Positions 21,451 to 32,225 of a stretch of DNA of 64,000 nt are shown here, in pieces. The stretch lies in the IMG/VR virus record IMGVR_UViG_3300028569_000032, one strand, 5' to 3'. The notes under the pieces are model-generated. The model had not been told where the DNA came from. It did no database searches and saw nothing but the letters and a program-made list of their open reading frames with translations. Positions within the stretch are counted from its first letter, which is position 1, and each line of letters starts with the position of its first letter. The position numbers and the translations under genes are program-made. The DNA is from an uncultured virus (IMG/VR IMGVR_UViG_3300028569_000032) (lineage: Duplodnaviria; Heunggongvirae; Uroviricota; Caudoviricetes).

Positions 21451-21690
21451 TCAGCTGATCAACTCGGCAAAGTAGGTTCCTTCAGGCCTTTCGATTCTTA
21501 CCGGGCCTTTCCATTTATCATCACACTGTGGCAGTTCTGACAACTCCTGAGCGAGTTCTTCGTATGCTTCGTCGCTTTCATCCTGATTTCTGCCAAGTAA
21601 CGCTTGGCAATTAATGATTTCGCAATCTTCTGTCCAAGTGCCTTCCCCAACCCAAACTCCATCGAGACTAATCACGATTTTCACTTTCAT
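21451..21690 (-). CDS. Hypothetical protein
   Basis: AAGGAG SD; terminator at 21397-21431. Confidence 0.6.
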   Translation of the reverse strand: MKVKIVISLDGVWVGEGTWTEDCEIINCQALLGRNQDESDEAYEELAQELSELPQCDDKWKGPVRIERPEGTYFAELIS

Positions 21691-21754
21691 ATCATTGCTC
21701 CTTTGCCTCTTTTATTTCACATTGTTTACATTGCGGCCCAATTTTCACAAAATA

Positions 21755-22207
21755 TTATGCTGCAAATTGTACACATTCTGGTCCAAAACCTTGATCAACA
21801 CTTTTTGGTGTGGTAAGCTTCCTCCCACATCGACCACATTTGCCCTCATGGTGGAGAGCGAATCCTTTGTCGATCAGAGGCTGGGTATTGTTTTCCCAGA
21901 CCAATTTCAAAGCACGGTTGATCAATTTGACCTGAAGGCTTTCGCCATTCAGGCAGGACTTTGCAGTAGTCCTGACCTGCCCGTTATCTGGGTTCAGGAT
22001 ACCCAGATAAGTATAGGAGTTGGTGTTGTCTGGGCCAGTGAGAAGTGACACGAAGAACGTGTCGCTGAATCCATTGGAACCTTCTTTGAACCTCACCTTG
22101 AAGGTGTAGTGAGGTCTTAGGCCATTTTCTGTTGCGTAAGGTTCTGGCAGGGCCAGAGTGAAGGTTGACTTGCCAGCGGTAACGAATTCTTTAGAAATGA
22201 TGTTCAT
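21755..22207 (-). CDS. DUF6011-like Zn-finger protein
   Basis: CGRCGRKLTTPKSVDQGFGPEC; element at 22259. Confidence 0.75.
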   Translation of the reverse strand: MNIISKEFVTAGKSTFTLALPEPYATENGLRPHYTFKVRFKEGSNGFSDTFFVSLLTGPDNTNSYTYLGILNPDNGQVRTTAKSCLNGESLQVKLINRALKLVWENNTQPLIDKGFALHHEGKCGRCGRKLTTPKSVDQGFGPECVQFAA

Positions 22208-22351
22208 TCTCAGACTCCATCGCAACTTGTGAGAGGATCAATCGTCCTCCCTACAATCACTACTCGGTCAGACTTGCACTCTGACATAACCAATTATTTG
22301 TATATTTTGTGATATTTTTAGATATTTTATGATATAGACATAAAAAAAGCC

Positions 22352-22497
22352 TCGTAGAATACTCCACATGGCTTGTGGAATACTCTACGAGGCTTGTGGA
22401 ATACTCTACGAGGCTTGTTGAATACTCTACGAGGCTTGTTGAATACTCTACGAGGCTTGTTGAATACTCTACGAGGCTTGTTGAATACTCTACGAGG
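22352..22497. repeat. 21-bp tandem array of the GTGGAATACTCTAC family (7 units)
   Basis: Units of gt(g/t)gaatactctacgaggctt; dispersed copies near 16397, 16900, 16921, 17888-17925, 18324-18380, 18863, 20331, 23728-23785, 27416, 40528. Confidence 0.9.
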
Positions 22498-22789
22498 TTG
22501 CGAGCATATCAAGAATCCATTTTCTGTTTTTCTCACCAATATGCTGAAGGATTTTCAGAACATGCTCACGCTGTAGGGTTATTACGCCTTCCAGCTTATG
22601 ATTATTGGTTTTACTGACCATCACACCACCATCAGAGGAATGTGTGTTAAATGGTACTATGTCAGGATTGCGAGAGATGAAGTATTCCATTTCTTTCTCC
22701 TTGTGTTTTAGAAGCCACCCCATGACTGCGTTAAGATAGACCAAACTTGTTCTGTTACCTTCAATGATTCACAGATAAAGAAAAACATA

Positions 22790-23185
22790 TCATTTACTCC
22801 TGTTGTAAACCCAATCGGGCAATGTGTTATAGTTCCAATACTCATAAGCCACTGACTCAGCTTCTTCTTCGTTTAGTGACTTACCCCTTGCTTCCTGCAT
22901 AGCGTGTCCTAGTTCATGTAGAACTGTTGTCAGGTACACACATCTCATGCTAAGATTATATTTCTTAGCAGATTTCTTACAGGTATCGACACATATCAGG
23001 ACTATTGGCTTTCTAAAACTTTGGAGAACATATTTCCCAAGATGTTCAATATGTTTGATTTGATACAAGTAAAAGTCTTGGAAGTCAGGAATTTTATGTA
23101 AGATATCATTCCTGACTTCCTTTTCCACTTGTATCAAATCATTTTCTATTGATTCATCAAGAATATATCTTGATGGAAGAGTCAT
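22790..23185 (-). CDS. HExxH metallopeptidase-like protein
   Basis: TVLHELGHAMQE...EEEAE. Confidence 0.65.
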   Translation of the reverse strand: MTLPSRYILDESIENDLIQVEKEVRNDILHKIPDFQDFYLYQIKHIEHLGKYVLQSFRKPIVLICVDTCKKSAKKYNLSMRCVYLTTVLHELGHAMQEARGKSLNEEEAESVAYEYWNYNTLPDWVYNRSK

Positions 23186-23786
23186 TTAATTCTCCTCGAT
23201 AAGATCAACTCCAAGACAACCACCGTCACTAGTAGTATACCCGATTCGATATACTTTACTTCCAATTGTGGTTCGGAAATTGATTCGGAAATTCAATGGT
23301 GCTGGTTCACCATCAATCGGATCTGGTAGATTATCAGGGATATATTCCCTGATGACATTGATGAATTGATCTCGATCTTGTTCATCGAGATCAATTAGGT
23401 TGTAGGCTTCGTCGCCTTGTAAGAAAAACACTGGATAGTGTTTCATGACTTCCTCCTTGGTGATGTGATGTCCATTTTCGTACCTGTCTCGATATGAACT
23501 GGTTTGCCCCACATGTCTATTCGGGCCTTAAGTTGCATTACTTTGTCCCTTGCTGTTTCATCAGCAGCAAGAGTGAAGACCTCATTGTTCGCAAATACGA
23601 ACGTGATGTTCACTGAAACACGAGCATTGAGTTCACTCATATTCAATCCTCCTTCAATGACTACTCGGTCATAATTGCAGTCGGACATAATGATTTATTC
23701 TGATATATTTACATAAAAAAATAGCTCGTAGAATACTCCACATGTCTTGTGGAATACTCTACGAGCTTGTTGAATACTCTACGAGC

Positions 23787-24179
23787 TTACCATTTCCAGA
23801 TTAGTTCACAATATACATTAGGTGTGCCATAGTCAGGTCCATTCTCTATGAGACATACTTTGAGCATAGTCTCAACCTTTTTTGATTTAACCGTGAACTG
23901 ATCTTTCTGTTCGGTGTTCATGGTTGATCTGGGTTCGATTGGTGTTGTTTTCCTGAATGGCAATGGTTCAGGAGATTGGATTGTTGGTCTGTATGGTTCG
24001 AGGATGATGGGAGGAGTAAAGTGATATGGCTTGTTCTGCTCATCATACAGATCAGGATCTGGGAGTTGTTTGATGATATGTGGGAGTCTTTCGGGTACAT
24101 AAACCTCAATTATCTCCACTCTCTTGCAGCAACTCGCACAACCTGTCGTGAACAAGGCCAAAAGCATCATGCTTCTCAT
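23787..24179 (-). CDS. Putative lipoprotein
   Basis: MRSMMLLALFTTGC lipobox-like N-terminus; AGGAG SD. Confidence 0.5.
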   Translation of the reverse strand: MRSMMLLALFTTGCASCCKRVEIIEVYVPERLPHIIKQLPDPDLYDEQNKPYHFTPPIILEPYRPTIQSPEPLPFRKTTPIEPRSTMNTEQKDQFTVKSKKVETMLKVCLIENGPDYGTPNVYCELIWKW

Positions 24180-25061
24180 GGCTTTGCTCCTAATTGTTAT
24201 TCAGGGAAGAAGATGCTTTCATCGTATCTTTGAAGAAAAGAATAGCTGTGCAGACTATCATCAGCATTATGAAGTATCTTTCCATGACACTTATTCCTTC
24301 TGGGGATGTAGAAGACAATATGTTTGCCTTCTACATCCTTGATTATACAGCTTTTCCTGCTAGTTTTTCACCCAAGCATGATACTTTTCTCAAAATCACT
24401 AACATGGCAAAGCATTTTATGGTAATGATTTACCAAATTACCAAGACTTCGTAAGTTCTTCAAATTCTAGATATCATTGACTTCGATTTCTTCTTCTGTG
24501 AACTTGATATTGATACAAGGGATGACTGTGAATTCAAGTTCACCTTCTGGCTGGATAGCAAAATATTCTTTGAGGTCTTTAACAATAGGTCGAACAATTG
24601 CTTTGAAGATTGAATCCTTTTTGAAAATATTCTCAACTGTTCCAAAAGGCTTTCGTACAATGAAAGAGCAGTAGCGATCACGATTGTTCATATTCTTCAT
24701 CTCCTTGGGGTAAACGACCAGTTCTAATCACCTTTTGACACAATATATGTGTATTCTCATTGCTTTCACGTTCTTCTCGATTGACATCATGAGGATCGAG
24801 AATTACATCTTTGTAGAAAAGGACAACCCTTAGCCATATGGCTATCTTTCTTTCTTCCTTCTCAGCTTTTGGGCTGGAAGAAGGAATCCTTCGATGTTTT
24901 TCGATCCACAAGCTAGTAGCCTTGTGCATCTGGACTACACGATTGAAACTCACCTCATTATCTTCCATAACATATTCTGAGTTGTCGAATATGTATGGAA
25001 GCCCATAAGCATCAGCTATATCCTGATCACTTTGGAAATTTGCTTCGTCCATAAGTCCTCC

Positions 25062-25610
25062 TTATGCTGCATATGATTTGCAGTTACTGAAGAATTCCCT
25101 TGGTATATAGGCAACAATCTTCTTACTACCATCAGATGGGTCACTTTGAAGCTTAAGCTGAAGTTCATGATTGTTTGACTCGTAATACAAGGTCTGGCTA
25201 GATTGATTTCTTTCAGACCAGCCATTGCATCGGGCCTCGTCGAGCATTTCCTGAATTACTTCTTCAGCCTGCCTCTTTTCAACCATCAAAATCTTCTGCT
25301 TGATAAGAACAGCATAAAGCTTGGCATCGCCCTTTAAGTCTCGCCCAAGCTTGTTGTTGGGGTGGTTGAAACCAACGAAAGTATCGTAGACTTCAAACAA
25401 CAGATCATCACCTGTTTCACGGAACTTGATCTGGATACCTGTTTTGCCATTATCAACCCAAGCATCAACCTTATTCAGAATGTCTTCTGAATTGGTTGGG
25501 TTGGTGAGATTAAGGCCAGCCTTGTTCAAAATCTCGATGATCTTCTTTTCTACCTTCTTGCCAGCGTCAACACGCTGACGGACATCTTGGTTCGCAAGCA
25601 TCTTATGCAC
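25062..25610 (-). CDS. PD-(D/E)xK nuclease-like protein
   Basis: E...EDILNKVDAWV...GIQIKFRE motif; element at 25632. Confidence 0.55.
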   Translation of the reverse strand: MHKMLANQDVRQRVDAGKKVEKKIIEILNKAGLNLTNPTNSEDILNKVDAWVDNGKTGIQIKFRETGDDLLFEVYDTFVGFNHPNNKLGRDLKGDAKLYAVLIKQKILMVEKRQAEEVIQEMLDEARCNGWSERNQSSQTLYYESNNHELQLKLQSDPSDGSKKIVAYIPREFFSNCKSYAA

Positions 25611-26218
25611 TCCTTGGTTATTGGTTCAATGACTACTCGGTCAGACTTGCACTCCAACATAACCAATTATTCTTATATTTTGTGATATTTAATGATATCA
25701 ATATTTATGGGCAAAAAAAATGGCCAGTGGATTTACCACTGGCCTTGGGTAGATTATACTTTGCTTATAGTTGATAGGTCACCATCGTGACCTGTTACGA
25801 TGTCTTCTCCGTAAATTTCTTGTAGAATTTCACAAGCTTCTTCATAACTTGTGTACAACGATGTGCTTTCTCCATTTGCGAATCTAATCTCGTACATTGT
25901 TATTCCTTTCTGATAGCCTATAGGCTATCGAAACAATTGCGGAACCCATTAGACAGAAGAAAAGAGTTAGTAACCAGTTGTGATAAGCTTGCCAAGACCA
26001 GTAGCCAAGACCAAAGAAACCAATGGTCTTGGCTATTTCAAATTGCCATTCTATTTTCATTTGTGCGCCTCTAATTTTAGTCGTCAGTCTCCATTGGTTT
26101 CCCTCACAACTACTACTCGGTCAGACTTGCAGTCGGACATAATCAATTATTCTTATTTATTTATATAAAAAAACCAGTGGTTTAGCCACTGGTTTCTATC
26201 ATTACATATAATTTTATA

Positions 26219-26521
26219 TTACCAAGGTCGATTGATATCGGTTAAGATTTTACCTTTATTATCTACTTGGACGAAGAAGCTACCTGCGATAAAGACTCTT
26301 TTGATAAGACTTGGTGTATCACTTTGGAAATATGCATATACATTGATACGCCATCGGTTGTCATAAGTGTTGAGTGCTTTGGTATGGCTATATGACTTAG
26401 GAACTCCAATCCTGTCATGCAGGTTTTGCATAACAGTTTCTGTTTGAACAGAATTCTTGCTTTCTTTCTTATCTTCTTTTTCTAGTGATACAGACATGAA
26501 AGGCTCCTTGGTTAAAAACAT
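26219..26521 (-). CDS. Hypothetical protein
   Basis: ORF with AAGGAG SD before MSVSLE. Confidence 0.6.
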   Translation of the reverse strand: MFLTKEPFMSVSLEKEDKKESKNSVQTETVMQNLHDRIGVPKSYSHTKALNTYDNRWRINVYAYFQSDTPSLIKRVFIAGSFFVQVDNKGKILTDINRPW

Positions 26522-26528
26522 ATAAACA

Positions 26529-26602
26529 TGACCCCGTTGGGATTTGAACCCAAGACCCTCTGCTTAAAAGGCAGATGCTCTAGCCAACTGAGCTACGAGG
26601 TC
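26529..26602 (-). tRNA. tRNA-Lys (UUU)
   Basis: GACCTCG-TAGCTCAGTTGGCTAGAGC-TCTGC CTTTTAA GCAGA...GGTTCAAATCC-CGGGGTCA cloverleaf; CCA not encoded. Confidence 0.93.
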
Positions 26603-27489
26603 GAAACTGACTAAATCATTATACAGGTTTATTGCTCAGATTTGCAAAACTCTTTCCAAAGAACCGTTAGTATCCATTTCGATTAAAAACTGTGCTTTTT
26701 CCAGTTCAAATTCCCAATCAAAATCATTTATCTCACACCATTCAACTAAATCTGACACAATGTTAGATGGACAGTCTTCATATGTACCCTTTTGTGGACC
26801 AAGTTCTCCGTCTGCAACTACATTGAAAAAATCTAATGCATATCTTTCACAATAATGCCACAGATCAGCCAATAAACCAGCAGGATCATCCTTGCGTTGA
26901 ATATTTTCTTTCATGAAAATATCAACGCTATGACTTTTCATCAACTCAATCGTAGTTTCTACAAATTCACTCATACAGTCCTCCTTGACTTTGTTATAAC
27001 ACATCCCATTACATCAATGAAAGACAAATTTATAAATATTCCTCAAATATATCACAGTTTACCATTTCTTCGCCAGTTTTCTTTAATGATCTCCCCAATA
27101 TTACGAATATGCTGATCAATGACAGCTTCTGATTCCTTTTTCCTTTGAATCTCAGCATATATCTCATCTTGCTTCCTTAAGCTTTCCTTAATTTCAGCAA
27201 CCCTTCTCCTGTACTGTGATGGAGTTTCAGTAGCCTTCTGTGGATATTCTTGATATGTTGCCTGCTCTCTTGAAACCTGACCATTGATCCTCTCTCTAGC
27301 CCTTACACCAAGATTACCACAAACATGGCAATATGCATAACCATATACCGAATCATATGAACCAAGAGAACCACAATTAAAACAATTCATGATAAGCTCC
27401 TTGTTAAAACAACTCGTGGAATACTCTACAAACAAAAAAGCCAGCAAGATATAATTCTTGCCGGCTTATAAAAATTAATTAATTTATTT

Positions 27490-28149
27490 TTAGCTTTCTA
27501 ATATTTTCTTTTTATTTAGGAATTCGCTCCAGCTTCCGAAGAAGCTTTTTGCGTGTTCTACTGATTCAAAAGTGAATGTCTTTTTATTTTTCCATAACAT
27601 TGAGTGAAACATTCCAGCCTTACCAGCCTTTAGTTTACCTGTAGGTTCATCAGAGACTCCTGCTGGAACCATAACTCCATTACCGGGAAAAACAGACTTA
27701 CCATTCTCGTCATAATCAATTGTGCCAAGAAGGTATGCAGTTGGGTCACCATAAGGCTTGAAAATAATTGATTCCTGATCAAATTTACTCCCAAGATTAG
27801 AAACCTTATCTTTGAAATCCTGATTCCATTGCTTGTTTACATTAGAAACGTGTTCTTTTTCATCCTTGGACATATCAGGAGTTTCAACTTTCATAGGACG
27901 AGATGCGATAAAGAGAACATCTTCATCAACAGGATGCTTCTCACCCTTGGTTCCAAATCCCTCGACATACTTACCTTTCATCTTAACATAACCAAATCCA
28001 GCAGCACGAACCATACTCTTAAGCTCATCAGTCCTTTGATCATTCTCTTCTTTGGAATAAATTCCTCTAGAAGCTGAAATGATTGCAAAAGCATTATGCT
28101 CAAAATGCTGGATAACTCTATTCAAACTGTTGATCGCTGCCTCGTTCAT
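27490..28149 (-). CDS. T3 SAMase-like SAM lyase homologue
   Basis: IISASRG..EENDQR...RAAGFGY...GKYVE...E...FDQESIIF parallels the T3 SAMase pattern (SAFR..N..R..RAA.G.Y..G.Y.E..E..EQDCV), recalled from memory. Confidence 0.6.
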   Translation of the reverse strand: MNEAAINSLNRVIQHFEHNAFAIISASRGIYSKEENDQRTDELKSMVRAAGFGYVKMKGKYVEGFGTKGEKHPVDEDVLFIASRPMKVETPDMSKDEKEHVSNVNKQWNQDFKDKVSNLGSKFDQESIIFKPYGDPTAYLLGTIDYDENGKSVFPGNGVMVPAGVSDEPTGKLKAGKAGMFHSMLWKNKKTFTFESVEHAKSFFGSWSEFLNKKKILES

Positions 28150-28362
28150 TTTTTTCTCCCATGTTTATCAATCTATAGTTAATTAGTTATGTTGTAAAGT
28201 AAAAATTATAAAGATTTACAATAATCAACCCAGATCCAGAAAAGGTCTTCTGGATCTTTAGCATGAAGATTCCCACTTCTAGTCGTCTTAATCCAACAAT
28301 CCTTATCAGATTCTATAACAACCTTCTTGACAAACTCTGTCCTTAATACTTCCTCACCAATC

Positions 28363-29136
28363 TCACTCAAAGGATTCTTCGTCTTCATCATCTTCGTCTC
28401 CTTCTTCGTCTTCGTCTTCGTCTTCTGCAATTATAAGGAAAAGATCATGTTCTACTTCTTTGTCGAAGTAGAAGCCTAAGCCATGTTCTTCCGTATATTC
28501 AGTGATGAGTCCTTTTGCGTTGTTACAATAAAACTCCATGTTAGTAAAGAAGCTATGATATTCTTTTGCAAAAGCAATAAGAGTATCAGCATTTTTATCA
28601 CCTATTTCTTTTCTAAAGATATCCCAACCATAATTTTTGAATATCTTATACTTAGGATCATTGACAACAACTCCTCTTGTTGCACCATTCCGACATATTG
28701 GACATTCTACATCATCATCAACATATCCTGTGAACTGACACATGATGCAACCTTTAGTCGTATTCAACTCAAGGATACTGCTCGAAAGCTGGTCAATTCC
28801 TGATATGGGACCAAAACCAAACTGATAAGCATAGAACTCAACTCCATCCTTGGTTTCATACTTATGTTCATAAACATTGGTTCCACGAATAGGAACATCT
28901 TTTACAATACTTGAACCAATGGCCTTGATTTCAAACTTCCTCATCAATCTTGCTATGATGGCACTTGCAGAATACTCTGCAAGTGATTTTGGCCTACTAT
29001 TCAAAGTAATATCTTGAGATGCATGGGTAAACATAGAGGCTATGATAGCCTCTGGCGGTACATCTTCATTCTCAACAATCTCATTGCTGATAATGTCAAC
29101 CATGATACGACCCCATGAGGGCAACATATTCAACAT
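28363..29136 (-). CDS. Hypothetical protein with CxxC pairs and an acidic tail
   Basis: 257-aa ORF, AGGAG SD. Confidence 0.65.
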   Translation of the reverse strand: MLNMLPSWGRIMVDIISNEIVENEDVPPEAIIASMFTHASQDITLNSRPKSLAEYSASAIIARLMRKFEIKAIGSSIVKDVPIRGTNVYEHKYETKDGVEFYAYQFGFGPISGIDQLSSSILELNTTKGCIMCQFTGYVDDDVECPICRNGATRGVVVNDPKYKIFKNYGWDIFRKEIGDKNADTLIAFAKEYHSFFTNMEFYCNNAKGLITEYTEEHGLGFYFDKEVEHDLFLIIAEDEDEDEEGDEDDEDEESFE

Positions 29137-29354
29137 ATAAAACTCCTAATCGTAAGGATGTGGAGGATTGGGCGGTCCCTTATAATTGGGATTAGCAATC
29201 CATGTGTCAAATTGTGTCAAAAGCCAAGGACTCTCATCCCCTCTATCAATTGCACCAACTATTGATTGATGCACAGCATGTTGATATGGGCTGTCGTAAT
29301 TAAACGACTCGTGTTCTTCCCTGCTATCACAATAATCTTCCATGTCATACCTCC

Positions 29355-29774
29355 TTAGTCAATAACACTCCAGTTGTTCACATCCACAATTTTATCGTTC
29401 GGGGCTGACCTCGATGTTTCTGGTGTTGCATTAAAACAAACCACATTGTCAAAAGATCCATTGGCCCCGAAAGTGTCATGCAGGGCTTGAAGAAGCTGGA
29501 ATGATACCAATACGATGTCTGCCTTATTTGCGATGTCCTGCAACAGATTATACTGGTCTTCTGAGACAACGAACTTGGAACAGGTCAGATTCATTCCCTT
29601 GATCTGGCGTGAGACTTTGTAGCTCTTCTGCAACGTGAACTGAGAGACGAATTGGACATCTTGTGGTCCACATGATGTTCCATCAGAGAACTTGAAACCA
29701 TGGGATGAAGTCGTGATAACAGTTGCGCCATTTGTCAGAACATGAACATTCATCTTTCGTACTCCTTGCAACAC
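29355..29774 (-). CDS. Hypothetical protein
   Basis: ORF with AAGGAG SD before MNVHVL. Confidence 0.6.
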   Translation of the reverse strand: MLQGVRKMNVHVLTNGATVITTSSHGFKFSDGTSCGPQDVQFVSQFTLQKSYKVSRQIKGMNLTCSKFVVSEDQYNLLQDIANKADIVLVSFQLLQALHDTFGANGSFDNVVCFNATPETSRSAPNDKIVDVNNWSVID

Positions 29775-30430
29775 TGTTCACAAACACCAATTGATATTTC
29801 GGAGAAATCATTTTATCCGATTGTTTTGTCAGTATTTTTTTCAACAACACCAATAATTTTTTTAACCTCACCTTGGTATTCACTTGTCAATGCTGTAATT
29901 TCGCCGATCCAACATCTTTCTGAAAAAAAAGGTGCAGGCAAATAAACTTTATCGCCAATTTCAACTTTGAAATTGCACTCATAAGTATATTTGTTGTCTA
30001 CTACAACTAGCATTTTTTTCCCCTGCCGTACATCTAATGACTCCTTGAGGTTAAAATCATTCAACAATTGATTGCTGGTCGATAATTCTATGAATCTCTT
30101 GAGAATCATAGGAACAGATCCTAGATATCAAACTTTGCAGTTCTACCAAAGAATATATCTTTGGTTCTTCTTCTTCAGTTGATAATTCATTCCATGTGTG
30201 TACTCGAAATTGATAACAATTACCATCATTGGTAATTCTTTCTATCTTCTCGATAGAACAATTCTGACTGTCACCAACATCAGCATTGGGGTTGTTTTCA
30301 ATGTTCTGCTTAAGAATATCCAGTTTGCTTTGCAGCAAGGCAATGGACAACTTATGAGCGAAGTTAGACATTTTTTAGATACTCCTTTATGAAATTGAAA
30401 CAATAGGTTGCTCTTGTGGCCATTTGTCAT

Positions 30431-30801
30431 TACTCTTTTTGGTAAATAATCGCATAAAAAAAGGGTGGCATAGAGTTAACTATGCCACCCTTGAAATATT
30501 AATTCACATCAGGATTGTCTACTTCAACCAATCCAGAAACTTCATAGTTTTACTGATAATAAATCAGCCGTAACCAAATTTGTCCCTAGACTTTCCGTGT
30601 CATATTCTGAATCGGGACCATTCATAACCACCTCATACGCCTTTTCTTTTGCCTCTTGTAGGCTAGAGGCTTCTAGAATTACTGTGTGTTCAAGAGTCTC
30701 TTGAATTATTACTTCATACTTGGCCATTGTCACACACTCCTTTGGGTAAAAAATCGCATGAAAAAGGGTGGCATAGAGTTAACTATGCCACCCTTGAAAT
30801 A
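30431..30801. repeat. Duplicated terminator-plus-SD linker, about 65 bp (about 30432-30498 and 30736-30801)
   Basis: aatcgcat.aaaaagggtggcatagagttaactatgccacccttgaaata occurs twice. Confidence 0.85.
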
Positions 30802-30985
30802 ACAGGCACTAGCAGGATACGGTCAACCGTCTAACCAGTTAACGGTCTTTCACCTGCCGCTTATCCGCCAAACCCAGTCACCTTACGAGTACTTCACTGC
30901 AAGTCGTCTGGAAACGGCTTGGGCAACCCCTGAGAGAGATGCAAGAGCATTGCATCCCCCTCAGACTTGAGAGTTTGGTTTCGCC
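30800..30985 (-). ncRNA. Candidate structured RNA downstream of the Ubl gene
   Basis: GC-richer ORF-free stretch with several hairpins (ctgagggggatgcaa..ttgcatctctctcag; caagccgt..acgacttg; gcagg..accgt..acggt..cctgc), followed by a terminator. Confidence 0.4.
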
Positions 30986-30988
30986 AAA

Positions 30989-31270
30989 TTAGCCCTTTAC
31001 GCCAGCCTGCTTGATGAACTCAAGAGACTCGTTGGCGTTGAGGATGTGATCCTCACCAACCTGAATACCGTTGACAAATGCAACAGCATCAGAAGGGATG
31101 TTGTGGGTCTGGGCGAATGTGCTGCGAGCAGCACTCACCGTATGACCACCCAATGGATAACTGCCATCAGCAGTTCCGTGAATAACCTTCACCAAATTAG
31201 AAGCCAAAGCACTCAAAGCACCCTGAGCTTCAACACTGTTTGCGAAACCAGTCGAAAGAACATCGCTCAT
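30989..31270 (-). CDS. Ubiquitin-like (ThiS/MoaD beta-grasp) protein
   Basis: GHTVSAAR...NIPSDAVAFVNG...ILNANESLEFIKQAGVKG ending in Gly; AAGGAG SD; element at 31314. Confidence 0.8.
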   Translation of the reverse strand: MSDVLSTGFANSVEAQGALSALASNLVKVIHGTADGSYPLGGHTVSAARSTFAQTHNIPSDAVAFVNGIQVGEDHILNANESLEFIKQAGVKG

Positions 31271-31385
31271 AGTAAACTCCTTACCCTTGTTAGAATCAAC
31301 CACCCCTACAAACACTACTCGGTCAGACTTGCACTCCAACATAACCAATTTTCGATATATTTTCTGATATTTTAAGATATCAGCT

Positions 31386-32108
31386 TTATCGAACCCACCT
31401 TTGCATTGGAACGGCCTTCATTGTAGGCATGTCCATCACCACTTCACCATACAAATGTGGATTTGCAAGGATCTTTCCTGAGTATATCTCAGGATCGGTC
31501 ACATTGTAAAATGCAGAAAGCATTGTTGCTGCAATTAAATTGTTCACAATCACAATCTGAGGAACTTCCTCTGCCATTCTACTACAAGATCCCGGCTGAT
31601 TCATCTCACTAGGATGAAGATCAGTAGGATTTGCAATCTCAGAGTGATATTGAGTGATAGGTGCAGTAATGTTCTTGCCATCACGACGAATGTGCAAAAA
31701 CACATTACCATCCAACCTATCATTACCACCACTGATCAAAGTGATATTATCCAACTCACATACACGCTCAGAAACTAACTTCCTAGACTTGTGATTATCC
31801 ACACACAACATGACAATGTCATTCTCACGAATGTAACGGACAACATTGTCCTCATCCAAATATACTGGATGATCATAAATTTGAATCCTGCCAAACTTAC
31901 CCTTCAGGTTGTTGGCAGTAACAGTTGCCTTCGCTCCAATCTGATCAAAATCCTGCCTCACTGCATTCTTATCTTCAAATGTATCTCCATCAATAAGATG
32001 AAGCTCGACATCATTAAACTTGTCCCAAGAGTAATTTAGGAAACGACCCAAAACTGGAAGGACACACAAGCCAATGCCGCCAGTACCAATAACCTTTACC
32101 TTATGCAT
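31386..32108 (-). CDS. ThiF/E1-like adenylyltransferase
   Basis: VIGTGGIG, LIDGDTFEDKNAVRQ, MLCVDNHKSR, GSC...PQ..IVN motifs. Confidence 0.9.
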   Translation of the reverse strand: MHKVKVIGTGGIGLCVLPVLGRFLNYSWDKFNDVELHLIDGDTFEDKNAVRQDFDQIGAKATVTANNLKGKFGRIQIYDHPVYLDEDNVVRYIRENDIVMLCVDNHKSRKLVSERVCELDNITLISGGNDRLDGNVFLHIRRDGKNITAPITQYHSEIANPTDLHPSEMNQPGSCSRMAEEVPQIVIVNNLIAATMLSAFYNVTDPEIYSGKILANPHLYGEVVMDMPTMKAVPMQRWVR

Positions 32109-32225
32109 CTTATACTCCATTAGGTTATCTTCGCATACACTACTCGGTCAGACTTGCAGTCCAACATAACCAATTTCGGGTGGAGGAAATTGATTTATTC
32201 CTCCACCCGAAATTATCAACTGATA

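Noticed and set aside
22327..22617. ORFs with PRRVFNK/LLNTLRG/VEYSTRL repeats, or a mini-CRISPR
   Set aside because: These are translations of a 21-bp tandem DNA repeat with no unique spacers.
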